NCBI GenBank assembly: GCA_013239625.1
Contig: MU054400.1
Coordinates: 1,771,345-1,835,344, forward strand
Source of the DNA: Lama guanicoe
Lineage: Eukaryota
Length of the DNA stretch: 64,000 nt
Direction: 5' to 3'
Below are positions 29,975 through 41,519 of the stretch, one piece after another; position 1 is the first letter of the stretch; every line of letters starts with the position of its first letter. The position numbers and the translations under genes were made by a program. The notes under the pieces are model-generated. The model was not told the origin of the DNA. It saw only the letters and a program-made list of their open reading frames with translations, and did no database searches.

Positions 29975-32021
29975 TTGTGCAGGTCATTAAGAGCTGTTTA
30001 CCAGCCATTTCCAGTTTGCACCTCTGGACACCCGACAGAATTGCATTTCCTGTTGGGTGGGGCCGGAGGACTGGTTCTGGCCACAGTGGTTAAGCAGAAG
30101 TGACGTGTATCACTTCCAAGCTGAAGCAGGACCTACCACGGCTCTCTCTTCCTTTTGGCTCAACAGCTGGCAGATCCAAGCCTGGGATGGCCCGGGAGTG
30201 ACAATGATGAGCAGAACCCCCAGCTGACCTCTGCAGGATACTAGAAATAAGCCTTTCTTCAATCTACAGATTTAATGCAACCCCTATCAAATTACCCAGG
30301 ACATATCTCACAGAACTAGAACAAATGATAATAAAATTTATATGGAACCACAGAAGACCTAGAATTGCCACAGCATTACTGAAAAAAAGAAAGATGCTGG
30401 AGGAATAACTCTCCCAGACTTCACACAATACTACAGAGCTACAGTAATCAAGAAAGCATGGTATTGGTACAAAAACAGACATATGGACCAATGGAACAGA
30501 ATAGAGAGCCCAGAAATGAACCCACAAACTTTTGATCAACTAATCTTTGACAAAGGAGGCAAGAATATACAATGGAATAAAGACAGTCTCTTCAGTAAAT
30601 GATGTTGGGAAAACTGGACAGCAGCATGTAAGGCAATGAAGCTAGAACACTCCCTTACACCATACACAAAAATAAACTCAAAATGGATCAGAGACTTAAA
30701 CATAAGACAAGATACAATAAACCTCACAGAAGAAAATATAGGCAAAACATTATCTGACATACATTTCAAAAATGCTCTCCGAGGGCAGTCTACCCACGGA
30801 ATAGAAATAAAAGCAAGAATAAACAAATGGGACCTAATGAAACTTACAAGATTCTGCACAGCAAAGGAAACCAGAAGTAAAACAAAACAACAACCTACGG
30901 AATGGGAGAAAATTTTTGCAAATGAAACCAACAAAGGCTTGATCTCCAGAATATATAAACAGCTCATACGACTTAAGAAAAAGACAAACAACCCAATCCA
31001 AAAATGGGCAGAAGACCTAAACAATTCTCCAAGGAAAAAATACAAATGATCAATAGACTCATGAAAAAATGTTCAATATCACTAATAATCAGAGCCATGC
31101 AAATCAAAACTATGATGAGGTATCACCTCACACCAATCAGAATGGCCATCATTCAAAAGTCCACAAATGACAAATGCTGGAGAGGCTGTGGAGAAAGGGG
31201 AACCCTCCTACACTGCTGGTGGGAATGCAGTTTGGCGCAGCCACTGTGGAAAATAGTATGGAGATTCCTCAAAAGACTAGGAACTTACCATATGACCCAG
31301 GAATCCTGCTCCTGGGCATATATCCAGAAGGAAACCTACTTCAAAATGATACCTGCACCCCAACATTCATAGCATTGTAAATAGTGCTTATTTACAATAG
31401 CCAAGACATGGAAACAGCATAAATGTCCATCAATGATGACTGGATAAAGACGTGGTCTATTTATACAATGGAATACTATTCAGCCATAAAAACTGACAAC
31501 ATAACACCATTTGAAGCAACATGGATGTTCCTGGAGAATGTCATTCTAAGTGAAGTAAGCCAGAAAGAGAAAGAAAAATACCATATGAGATCGCTCATAT
31601 GTGGAATCTAAAAAAGATAAAAATAAATAAATAAATACAAAACAGAAACAGACTCACAGACACAGAATACAAACTTGTGGTTGCCAGGGGGACGGGGGGT
31701 GGGAAGGGACAGACTGGGATTTCAAAATATAGAATAGATAAATAAGACTGTACTGTGTAGCAAAGGAAAATACATAAAGGATCTTGTGGTGGCTCACAGC
31801 GAAAGAGAATGTGACAATGGATGTATGTACGTTCATGTATAACTGAAAAACTGTGTTCTACACTGGAATTTGACACAACATTGTAAAATGACTATAACTC
31901 AATAAAAAAAAGTTTAAAAATTTTAAAAAATAGTAAGAAAGAAGTAAGCCTTTCTTATTCTAACCCACTGAGCTTTTGGGGTTGTTTCTTTGGGAAAATC
32001 TAGCTTAATCTTGACTGATAC
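29975..32021 (+). mobile_element. MLT1 (I/J-like) MaLR LTR split by a young L1 (LTR parts ~29975-30259 and 31957-32021)
   Basis: ttctggcca...agcagaagtgacgtgt.tcacttcc before the L1; ccactgag.tttggggttgttt...tgactgataca after it. Confidence 0.7.
30260..31939 (+). mobile_element. Young 5'-truncated L1 (ORF2 C-terminal part, 3'UTR), frameshifted
   Basis: [16 protein letters not shown], zinc knuckle [18 protein letters not shown]; 17-bp TSD AGAA(A/G)TAAGCCTTTCTT at 30243-30259 / 31940-31956. Confidence 0.95.
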
Positions 32022-32044
32022 AGAGCTGATCAATAGCTGTGGTA

Positions 32045-33540
32045 TTTATTATATTTGCAAAATTGTGTCTTCTCTCTCCTGTCGATGATGTGGCCCATCT
32101 GGAGAAGCAAAGCTGATGTGGCCATGAACTTCAGTCTTCACTCAGATCTCTTCGACACCCAGAGGAGTCTAAGTGCTTGGTCCGTGGAAAATCATATTAA
32201 AATCTTGGCCTTGTATTTTCAAGCACCTCAAAATTCCGGAGTGTCTCGCTCTGTCTTACTTTCTTCCTCCTAAAAAACTCTCTTAATTCGTGCCTTTCTG
32301 TCGAGGCACTGTGGTTCCACCTTCAAACACTGCGCAGCCTCCTAAGGAGGAAAGTTCTACCTCTCTGATTAATTTTCTACCAAGAATCTCAGCTTCTGTC
32401 CCTTCCACAGAGGGCACAAGAGGAGAACGAGTCTAACCAAGTAAAAAGGCTAGAGAAGGTTGTGAACCCCCACAGCTAGAACTGTTTACCTCAAGGCAAA
32501 TCATGGTCATTTCTGCTAATATCTCAGTGTCTTTACTGCTGTCTCTTTTGTTTTCTTTCTTGACTAGTTCAAAAACCAGGTAGGAAACAGGAGGTTTCTG
32601 AGGCGTCCCTCAAACCCCAACAAAGTCCTTGCAGGAAGTTTCCGTAACAACAGTTCATTGATTGCGCATTATCCCTTTGCTGCATGGGAGGGTCACGGGT
32701 GCCGTGGTAAGTCGGAGAGCAAGATGGGAACACCTTGTTGTAGCCTCGTTCGGGTCTCTTCCACCGGTGACTCCTTCCTGGCACCATCAAGTTTGCACAG
32801 CACTCCAACCAGAGGTCCAGTTCCCACCCAAGAAGATCGATACTTTCATGACACGTGTGCAAAGGGCTCGCTGATCCCCCAGGGCAACCTCAGTCTTGGT
32901 AGCAGGTTTCCAACCGACCCTCGAAAGTCTTCCCTTCTGCGTTGTCGGTTTGTCTGCTCTTGCCATTCAAACCTGAACTCTCTCTCTGCCGCACTGATGC
33001 AGAAGGGAACATGTGACTACTTGAAGAGAATGATCAAAAACACAGGAAACTACCCTCTGAACCTCTCTTTCCAATGTCACGTGATTTCTGACTGTTTCAT
33101 CCTTCAGACACACAACACTGACTTCTTCATGAGGGCCTTCTGGGCGTCACAAACGTGCACATCACAGGAAAGCAGCTTTGACCAGGCCACGGAGTTTACT
33201 TCCCAGATCTATGAACCATGGCTGACTGCTGATCCCTGCCTCCCCTACTGGCATGATGACTACTTTCGGGGCTGTCAACAAAGTCAGGTGCTCGCACAAG
33301 GTCCAATCTACAGCACTCTGATTATAAGAAACAATCTGGAATCTTCTTTGATCCGCTCGTTTACTCATGAAATCCAGCAGGTCACTGAGTCTTGCTGCAA
33401 TGTCTCTTGGGACCCTCTTCTATTCTCAGTCTTCTCTACTTTTATCCTTGTTCAGGTCCCTGGCATCTCTTGCCTGGGCAACAGACCTAACTAACTGGTC
33501 CTCCTGCCCAAAGTCTCCACCCTCTGGTGCCATGGTCTTG
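32045..33540. pseudogene. Unidentified decayed coding-like sequence (candidate endogenous viral element, retrocopy or ancient TE)
   Basis: Stop-free + frame 32568-33491 (308 codons); the codon-aligned - frame begins ACCATGG at 33533 and is stop-poor; no repeat recognised with confidence. Confidence 0.4.
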
Positions 33541-33604
33541 GTGACCAACAAAACTACCTATTGCCTTATGGCTGCTCAGCACAGGGGCAAAGAGCATGGG
33601 TGTT

Positions 33605-33790
33605 AGTGTCAGGTAAGAGCAAGGTTCAAGTCCTGACTCTGCCCCAAGAGGGCAGGTCCTTTCTTCATCTCTGACAGGGAACTGTAATGACACCCACCTC
33701 GCAGAGTTTGGGAGGACTGAGTGGAGTAATGTGTGTAAGGCTCTTAGCACAGTGTTTTGGCATCCAGTAAGAGCTCAATAAGTGTTCATT
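33605..33790 (+). mobile_element. MIR SINE
   Basis: ggttcaagtcctgactctgcc...aatgtgtgtaaggctcttagcacagtg...agtaagagctcaataa. Confidence 0.6.
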
Positions 33791-34302
33791 ATCCTATGTT
33801 CCAAGCATTTGAGGCCCTGCAAGTTCTGATCACAGCAGACCGTGCAATCCCTGTCTCCTGCAGTCTGCACAGAGGATGTGACTCCTCGTCCAGAGGGTCC
33901 CACCCTGTGCTTCCCAGGCGCTGCTGGTCCACAAGCCCTCAAATGGATCAGAACTTTACTTTCACCTCTAGCATGCACATCCCGGAAATGTAAAGAGAGT
34001 AATCAGACTGTCGTGTTATCAACAAGGCTTTCATTAGGAGACAATACTCTAAAATCACCCATATAGATGATATGTTGCTTTCTGAAATTGGTACAATTTT
34101 TGGATGTCCTGATCATCTTAATCTCTCAAGAACAAAGGTCATCTTTTTAAAGCTTACGCTGCCACCTTAAATGCCCACACACATGCTCTTCTCAGACTCA
34201 CCAGAAGGGGGAGTGCCTGCATAAAGCAGGGATCTAGAGCACTGCCTCTCCGGGGGACAGCTATTTGCTCCAGAAGTCATAATCCAGGGATACTGTGTGG
34301 GT

Positions 34303-34333
<31 letters not shown>

Positions 34334-34569
34334 ATCAGAAGCCCATAAGACGGAGGCATCTCTGCTCTTGCAGCTCTTCATCCATACCTGTCATAGCACA
34401 GCCCAAGCTTGCTATTCTTATCAAAATGAATTTTCTGTAATTTTCATGGACTAAATTCTAGTTCCAGACCAGAATACCTGAGTTACCTGAATTCCAAACT
34501 GGCAATGACTCCTATTCATGCTTCATTTCATCCCTGGTAGCTTACACAGAGTGAACACATCATCACGCT

Positions 34570-34765
34570 CAAGAGGACAGACTCTGGATTCAAACCCTGC
34601 CTCTGTCACTGGCTAGCTGTGTGATCTTGGGTAAAATGCTTCATCTCTCTGTGCCTCAGTTCCCTCATCTGTAAAATGGGCACAACCACGGCACCTCGCT
34701 CCTGGGTGGCTGTGAAGATTAAATGAGTCAATATGTGCAAGGACTTAGAACACTGGTACATAGTG
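34570..34765 (+). mobile_element. MIR SINE
   Basis: agctgtgtgatcttgggtaa...tctctgtgcctcagttccctcatctgtaaaatggg. Confidence 0.85.
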
Positions 34766-35283
34766 AATCAATACTGCATTTGATTTTGCTGCTCCTCCTC
34801 CTACTGCTCTGTAGTTAATCATCCTGAAGCACCACTGACCAGTGAAAGAGAAGTGACACTCAATATATCATCTTGAAAGCAACTTAGCAAAGGAAACCTT
34901 GTCAACGGATTCTCCTCTACTTGGAGTCAAAGCTCTCGCCGATGGCCACAGGAGGGGAAGAGGCAATGCAAAATACAAAACAGAAAGGATCACTTACTTA
35001 TCCTGGATTTCACTCTCAGAACGTCATGGTGGTTAAATCCCCTAAGAAAATGTACAGCTCTAATAACTGCTGATGGTTCATGAACAGCCACCCAAGCGAC
35101 CCCACACTACTGAGACTGTTGTTAATGGAGAAATTTGGCAGCACCCAGAAATACTGCCCGGCCACCTGAGCCAGGCTAACCCATACATTACAAGCATTCT
35201 TACTTCACAACATCATTTCCACATTCCCTGCAGCAAGAATACTTCGTCACCCCTGTCACCCCTACAAATGTCTGCCCCTATTA

Positions 35284-35445
<162 letters not shown>

Positions 35446-36539
35446 TTAAAAACAAGAGCAGGGTGCAGACGCGACGGCTCCCGCCTCCCAAAAGGAGTGC
35501 GTGGAACAAGCTCACTCAACAAAACGTGTTGGTGTCCTCGGGAAGACCACAGCCTGCGTGTCCAGAAGGTCATGTTCTAGTTCAGCCTTGGCTGTGTTAG
35601 CCTGGGCACTTGCCAACCTCTCTGGGTCTCATTTTCTTCATTTATACAATAAAGGAATTAAAATCATTGTATCTCAAAGGGGGCACTATTGGCATCTGAG
35701 GAAATAATTCTTTATTGTTTCAGATATTCCAAGGCATGGTGAGACTTAGCACCCCCACCCTTCAAGTTCTAAGTGCTGGCGGTGATACTGCCACCCAAAA
35801 TGCCCTCCATTCTTTCCAAATACTCCCCGTGATAGGAGATGGTACCACTTCTAGCTGGAAACCACTGGGTGTTCCTGAAGGTTCCTTTCACAGTTTACTT
35901 TCTCTGAGTCGAGGAATTCCCTGGCTGGAGCTGCCTGCTCTGAGATTTGAGCAGGTGTGGCTCATTCAGTGAAAAGTCACAACATAAAGACACCCAAGAG
36001 GATTGTGCTTAAAAATAAACGGATTGCTCTTCAAATTAAAGAGTGTGTGTCTAAGTATGGCTGAGCAGCCCTAAGGTTGTTGCTGTTCTGATATAGCGCA
36101 CCACCAGAGGGTCTTTAAGGGTAAAAAGAAATGCCTGCACATCTGTGAGCACCTAGAGGGTCTAGGAGAGGATGGACTTGGGATGTGCATGGACCACAGC
36201 CTAAAGCAGCAAAGGTGATGCTGTGCGCTGGGAATACTTCCCACTGATCCCACAAGCTTGCTAAGGAAAATGACGCAGAAGGGGAAAGTATCTCAGGCAA
36301 AATGGCCCAGGAAAGGAGATCAGAGATGGTGGGGAAATTGTATTGCAAGAATCTGATCAACAACATGACTTTGAAGTAGAATAAAAATCCATATGCCGTA
36401 AGCACATCTGCACAATCACATCCAAGTCTGTAATTTGTATCTGCTGTCCCTTCATTGTTGAATCATCTAATGACTGTGAAAGGACAGAACTGGGAGGAAA
36501 GCAAAGCTCTTTAAAGCTTCTTAATAGAGTTCAAATTAG

Positions 36540-37400
36540 AGTTCTTAATCTAAAATGGATACCACATGAGGAGGACTTTTAAAATAAAACCCCAAATGCC
36601 ATCAACCACAGCGGGGGAATTAATTTGATCATATCAAAATTAAAATATTTCTGTTCATTAAAGGACATCATAGTCAAAATAATAGATGACAAGTGAAAGA
36701 ATGTATTTGCAAGATCTAAATTGGACAAGGGTTAATATTTAGAACAGGGGAAAAAATCCCTACAAATCAATGAGTGTATGGGCAGGAAGACCATAGGAAT
36801 ATGGGTCAAGGAACATAAGCAGCTGTTTCACAGACAGGGAAACCCAAAGGGCTCATTTACGGAGAGCTGCTCAAACTCTTCAGTGACGAGAACTATGCAA
36901 GCCAAAACCAGGGGACGTGACTTTCTGCCTACGAGGGTAACAAAAAGTTTAGGAAGTCGGATGATTCTTTGGATTCTAAGTGCGGGCAGGGACATGAGGA
37001 AATGTTAATGCTTGTGCACGTCTGAAGATTTTCTCTTCTAGAGAGCGAGCTGGGAGTATTTAGTCTAACATGATCTGGCAACCCCACTTCTGGGAGTATA
37101 TTCTAGAAAAACTGGGTGCAAAAAAGGATATGGGGCAACTTGGGTGTTCATTGTTGGTGGGAGCAATAAATAAATAGCACATGGACAATGCACCTTACTG
37201 GATACTCCGTAGCAATTAAAAGCAACAAAATAGATGTATACCTAGCAACCCAAATAGATCCCCTAGTGTTCTGAGCATAAAAAGGAATGAGTTCTGTAGC
37301 CCTATTTGATTTATGAAATTTAAGAGTATATACAAACAAAAGAACACTTATCATTTCATAAAGATATATGCCAAGTCAAAGATATATATGAACCCAGTTG
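36540..37400 (+). mobile_element. Old L1M (L1ME-like) fragment
   Basis: aaattaaaatatttctgttcattaaaggacatcata...aagggttaatatttagaa...gcaaccccacttctgggagtata. Confidence 0.6.
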
Positions 37401-37538
37401 TTGCCTTTAGGAATGCAGAATAATGAAAAAAAGGAAATCAGTCAGTCAACAGATGGGCCTAAAGGGACCAGTGATCAAAGTGGGCCACCGACTAATGATT
37501 AACTCAATCTAAGTTTCAAAATACACGTGACACACCTC

Positions 37539-37561
37539 CACACACACACACACACACACAC
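37539..37561. repeat. (CA)n microsatellite
   Basis: Read directly. Confidence 0.95.
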
Positions 37562-38536
37562 CCCTGTGAGCTGGCTATGAACCTCTAAAAATGTAGGAGA
37601 TGATATAACCCAATCCTGCTTCTCCACCAGGAATGGACCACCCACGGGAAACTAGGTCATGGGCAATGCAAATGGCAGCTTGCACAGTGGTTGGTGGGGG
37701 CGGCACTGTTTGTGGCAGGCACTTCTCTTTCCAGGAAAACTTGTGAGGTTCAATGGACTTGTACTGCTGAACACAGCAAATAAGCAGCCGGGCAAACGCC
37801 AGCAAACCAAGAGAAGAAACGCCATGACCCTGCGCAGGGTTGCTGACAAGGTAAATGGCAACACCTCCGCCATCACGTGCCTGGCTTTCTCCTTCTCTAA
37901 AGCTTGGCTTTAACTCTGCCATCACCTGAAGCAAAAGGCAGCTGGTAAATGATCAAAGACTTCTAACTTCAAATTCTGTTTCCATGCCAAGAGGAGCTGG
38001 GTGAGCAGCCTGTGGCTCTCTCCTACATGGAATGTTGAGAGCAAAGTTACAAGAAATGACATACAACCCACAGGGTGGCTTTCGATTTGAAATAGGCCCT
38101 AGCACCTTTCTAAGAGAATGCCATTGTCAGAAAAATCCAAAGAGTTGAAGCAAAAGGATGAATGTGATGAGGCGATGGTAAGTATAAAGGGCAACTCCCC
38201 TGGTTTGGAGAGGACTCGTTCCAAGAGAACCTGAGACACAGGATGTTACAGGACGTTGTAGCCCCACGGTCAGCTCCTTCAGGAGCCTTCTCTGACCACC
38301 GCTGCTGGGTGAGGAGGGGCCCTCCTGAGGTCAGAGCAGGGACCTATGCGTAGCTTTATTTAGACATTAACACATCATCGCAGCTGCCTGTTTATGTCTG
38401 TCCCCTGCCCCCAACAGGACTTCGTAATACAGTGCCAGCCACCCAGCAGCCGTTCAATGTTTGGAGAACACATGAACAAATAAATGGATGAGGCAGTGAA
38501 CCAACCACTCTTTCCCAAGTAGCAAAACAGCATACA

Positions 38537-38637
38537 GGGGGCGGGGGGCACAGCTCAGTGGTAGAGCGCATGCCTAGCATACATGAGGTCCTGGGTTCAA
38601 TCCCCAGGACCTCCATTAAAATAGAAGAAAGCAAGCG
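38537..38637 (+). mobile_element. Vic-1-like tRNA-derived SINE
   Basis: cagctcagtggtagagcgcatgcctagc...ctgggttcaatcccca; TSD AGCATACA at 38529-38536 / 38638-38645. Confidence 0.88.
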
Positions 38638-38679
38638 AGCATACATCGGTGCAATTCGGGCAAGTGCCTTGGTTTACTT

Positions 38680-38960
38680 AACATATTTAGTGGAGAACTT
38701 ACTATGTGCTGGATACAGAAAGACTGCAGTAAAAAAAAAGACCCCCAGGGTCCTATTTCCATGGAATTTAGACTCCACGTAAGAGACAATGCATAATAAG
38801 TCCGAAAACAACTCAGCAAGATAATCTCAGATATAAGCGCTTAAAAGACAACAAAACAGGGGCATGAGAAGGAATGATGCACAGAGTGAAGGCTACGTTA
38901 GTAGTCCAAGAAGACTTCTCAGAGGAAGTGACATCTGAACCGAGTCCTGAATATCTAGAA
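38680..38960 (-). mobile_element. L2 3' fragment
   Basis: aacatatttagtg..aacttactatgtgctgg...gaagacttctcagaggaagtgacatctgaac.gagtcctgaa. Confidence 0.6.
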
Positions 38961-41261
38961 GGAACCACAGACCCGCAGGGATTAAACACACGAGGCAGAG
39001 GGGATAAGAACAGTAATTTCACCATGGTGCTGTTCTGTAGAAGGATCAGGAAAGATACTGGTACCGAGAAAGGATATAAATAGATCCCCAGGGTTTTGTG
39101 CATTTGTTTTCCAATCTGTCTTTTGAAAGACAAGGCATTGCATGTATTGAATATGCTCATTGTGTTCAGCACATACAGGAGGCAAAACTCTGAGTGGCTG
39201 CCTGTTTCATGCTCTCAGAACGTACTGAAGCCTGAACCATGCCCCTTCAAAGAGCGTTTGCAAACAAGAGGCCAATAAAAAGTCACACGTCCTCTGCTTT
39301 CTAATCCTTTACTCCACATTCCCTATCACTCTCTGTGGCATAAGCAGTTCTGACAAAGCAGATCTTTATCTGCATTTGTAACGATCTCCAGAGCGGCTGT
39401 AACATCACCCGGAGCATCAGAGAACTGCATGAATCCTGCTTTTACTGGACTTGCTACAAATGGCCCGTGGACACTGCTGCATTTTGGAGCTGAAAGGTTT
39501 TCCTGAGGTCTGCCAGTCCACTTCCAGCTCCACTTTGTCCACAGCATCTGTGCGTGTCGTCAGTGATAATGGCAATGAGGGATAAAAGAGGGCCCTGATC
39601 ATCTGGATGGAGGCTTTGTGGCTTTATTCCAAACATAAAACAGGATGGAGAGTTTCCCATTACGGATCCACATTGAGCTTGTCCTCGGAGAATTGACCAT
39701 GATTCACTAATGCCTAAATGCATCCTGAGATCTTCATACGCTGGTCTGTTGCTCGTATTAGTATCGATTCACTCTTCCCTTGTGGAAGACAGTGTCCCCT
39801 AACAGGAACCTGCAGTTTCCACAGAGAAGGAGAACCATGGGGTCTGAACATCCTCAGCTCTACGTAAGAGAGGGGGCTTTCAGAAGCACATACTCCACTC
39901 CAGGCAGACAGAAGGACTATTTCCCATCATGGCATCACTGTCGTCTGACTTTAGACTTGAATGTCTCTAAGGGTTTTAATATCGCTGCCAAAATCTGCTG
40001 AGCAGCACCAGGTTGCTCCCAGGGGGAGCAGAAAAGCAACACAGACTTCAGAATTCTCAGAGAGCACACGCACCTGGGAACAGGGTTCTGGGAACCATTT
40101 CACAGCACAGAGCATCCCACGGGGACAGTGGTGAGTGACAGTGAAGCCCCCAGGAAAATGACAGGTGTCTCTCTTAAGCTGTGAATGTAGCTTGGAATTG
40201 CGATCAGACAGACCCTTGTCATGATCCACTTATGACCCCATCATAAGCTCCTTTGTTATTCCAGATCCTCCATATGGATGACATGCTCACCTCATAACCT
40301 CTCTCTCCTCCCTTTCTTCCCTCCCTCCTTTCCTTCCCCCCACCTCTCTCCCCATCCCTCCTCTCCTCTCCTGGCTCCCCTCCCCGTGCCCCCTTCTCTC
40401 ATAAACACGTCATCAGCATCCGTATTACAAATGGCTGGACCACCTGGGTCTCTCCAAACAGGCCCTGCTGCCAGCTGCCTCCCGACTGGCCCAGGGGAGC
40501 AGACACCTGAGTCGTTCTTCACTTGGGTCCTGGGCCTTGGAGACTGCCTTTCCTCAAACAGTCTTTTCTCACAGGTGGAAACATCCAGAAGCCAACCGTG
40601 GGTCAGAAGTGCTTGCTGCTTCCCACTGCCCCACCCTCTGGGGCTTGTTAACCCTGAGACGAAGTCTCATGAAATCTACACACAGCAGTGAAGGAGGCAT
40701 GACCACCTGATTAAATATATGAAGACATTGACGCTTAAAGAGTTTAAATCATTCGTTGATGTGAAATAACCGGGAAATGAGAAGTCAGGTTCAAACCGAG
40801 AAACGGCAGATGGTGAGCCTGGCGCTCTCCTCACCAGGCTACGGCCAGGCTGGAAAACCTGAGGATTAGACACAGTGCCCACACACGCGGATACACACCT
40901 GCTACTGGTGTGAATATATATGCATCAAAGCTTTGACATTTCACTTCAAACATGTGAGATGACCCTGGTTTAACACCTACCTTCTTGGACACAGATTCCC
41001 CCCCTCAATACACCCATCACTCCCCACACCTGCTGGGAAGAGCACACAGCATAGAACACCGCATGTCCCTCCAGAGCTTCTTATAAAGTCCTGCATTCTG
41101 GCCCCTTTGACAGAGAGGCTCTGAGCTCTCCCTTGGGGCCTCAAGGACCTCTCTTCCTGCAGAGGCCCCTGTGATCACCGCAGCCCAGCCTCCTCCCACC
41201 GGGACGTCGCTGGCTTAGGAGGGAAGGGGAGGAGGGGCGTGTTGCTAAGTGCCCAGCCCTA

Positions 41262-41519
<258 letters not shown>

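Noticed and set aside
30260..31939. Active L1 or host gene from ORFs 30636-31611
   Set aside because: 5'-truncated, frameshifted ORF2 fragment
32290..33533. Firm call as endogenous bornavirus-like N (EBLN)
   Set aside because: Three different by-eye registers each gave only ~13-15% identity to recalled sequences, with key motifs missing; kept only as a hypothesis
32568..33540. Firm call as filovirus NP-like, bornavirus G-like or RTE-X/L4 element
   Set aside because: Scattered short matches at roughly chance level; cannot be discriminated without a profile search
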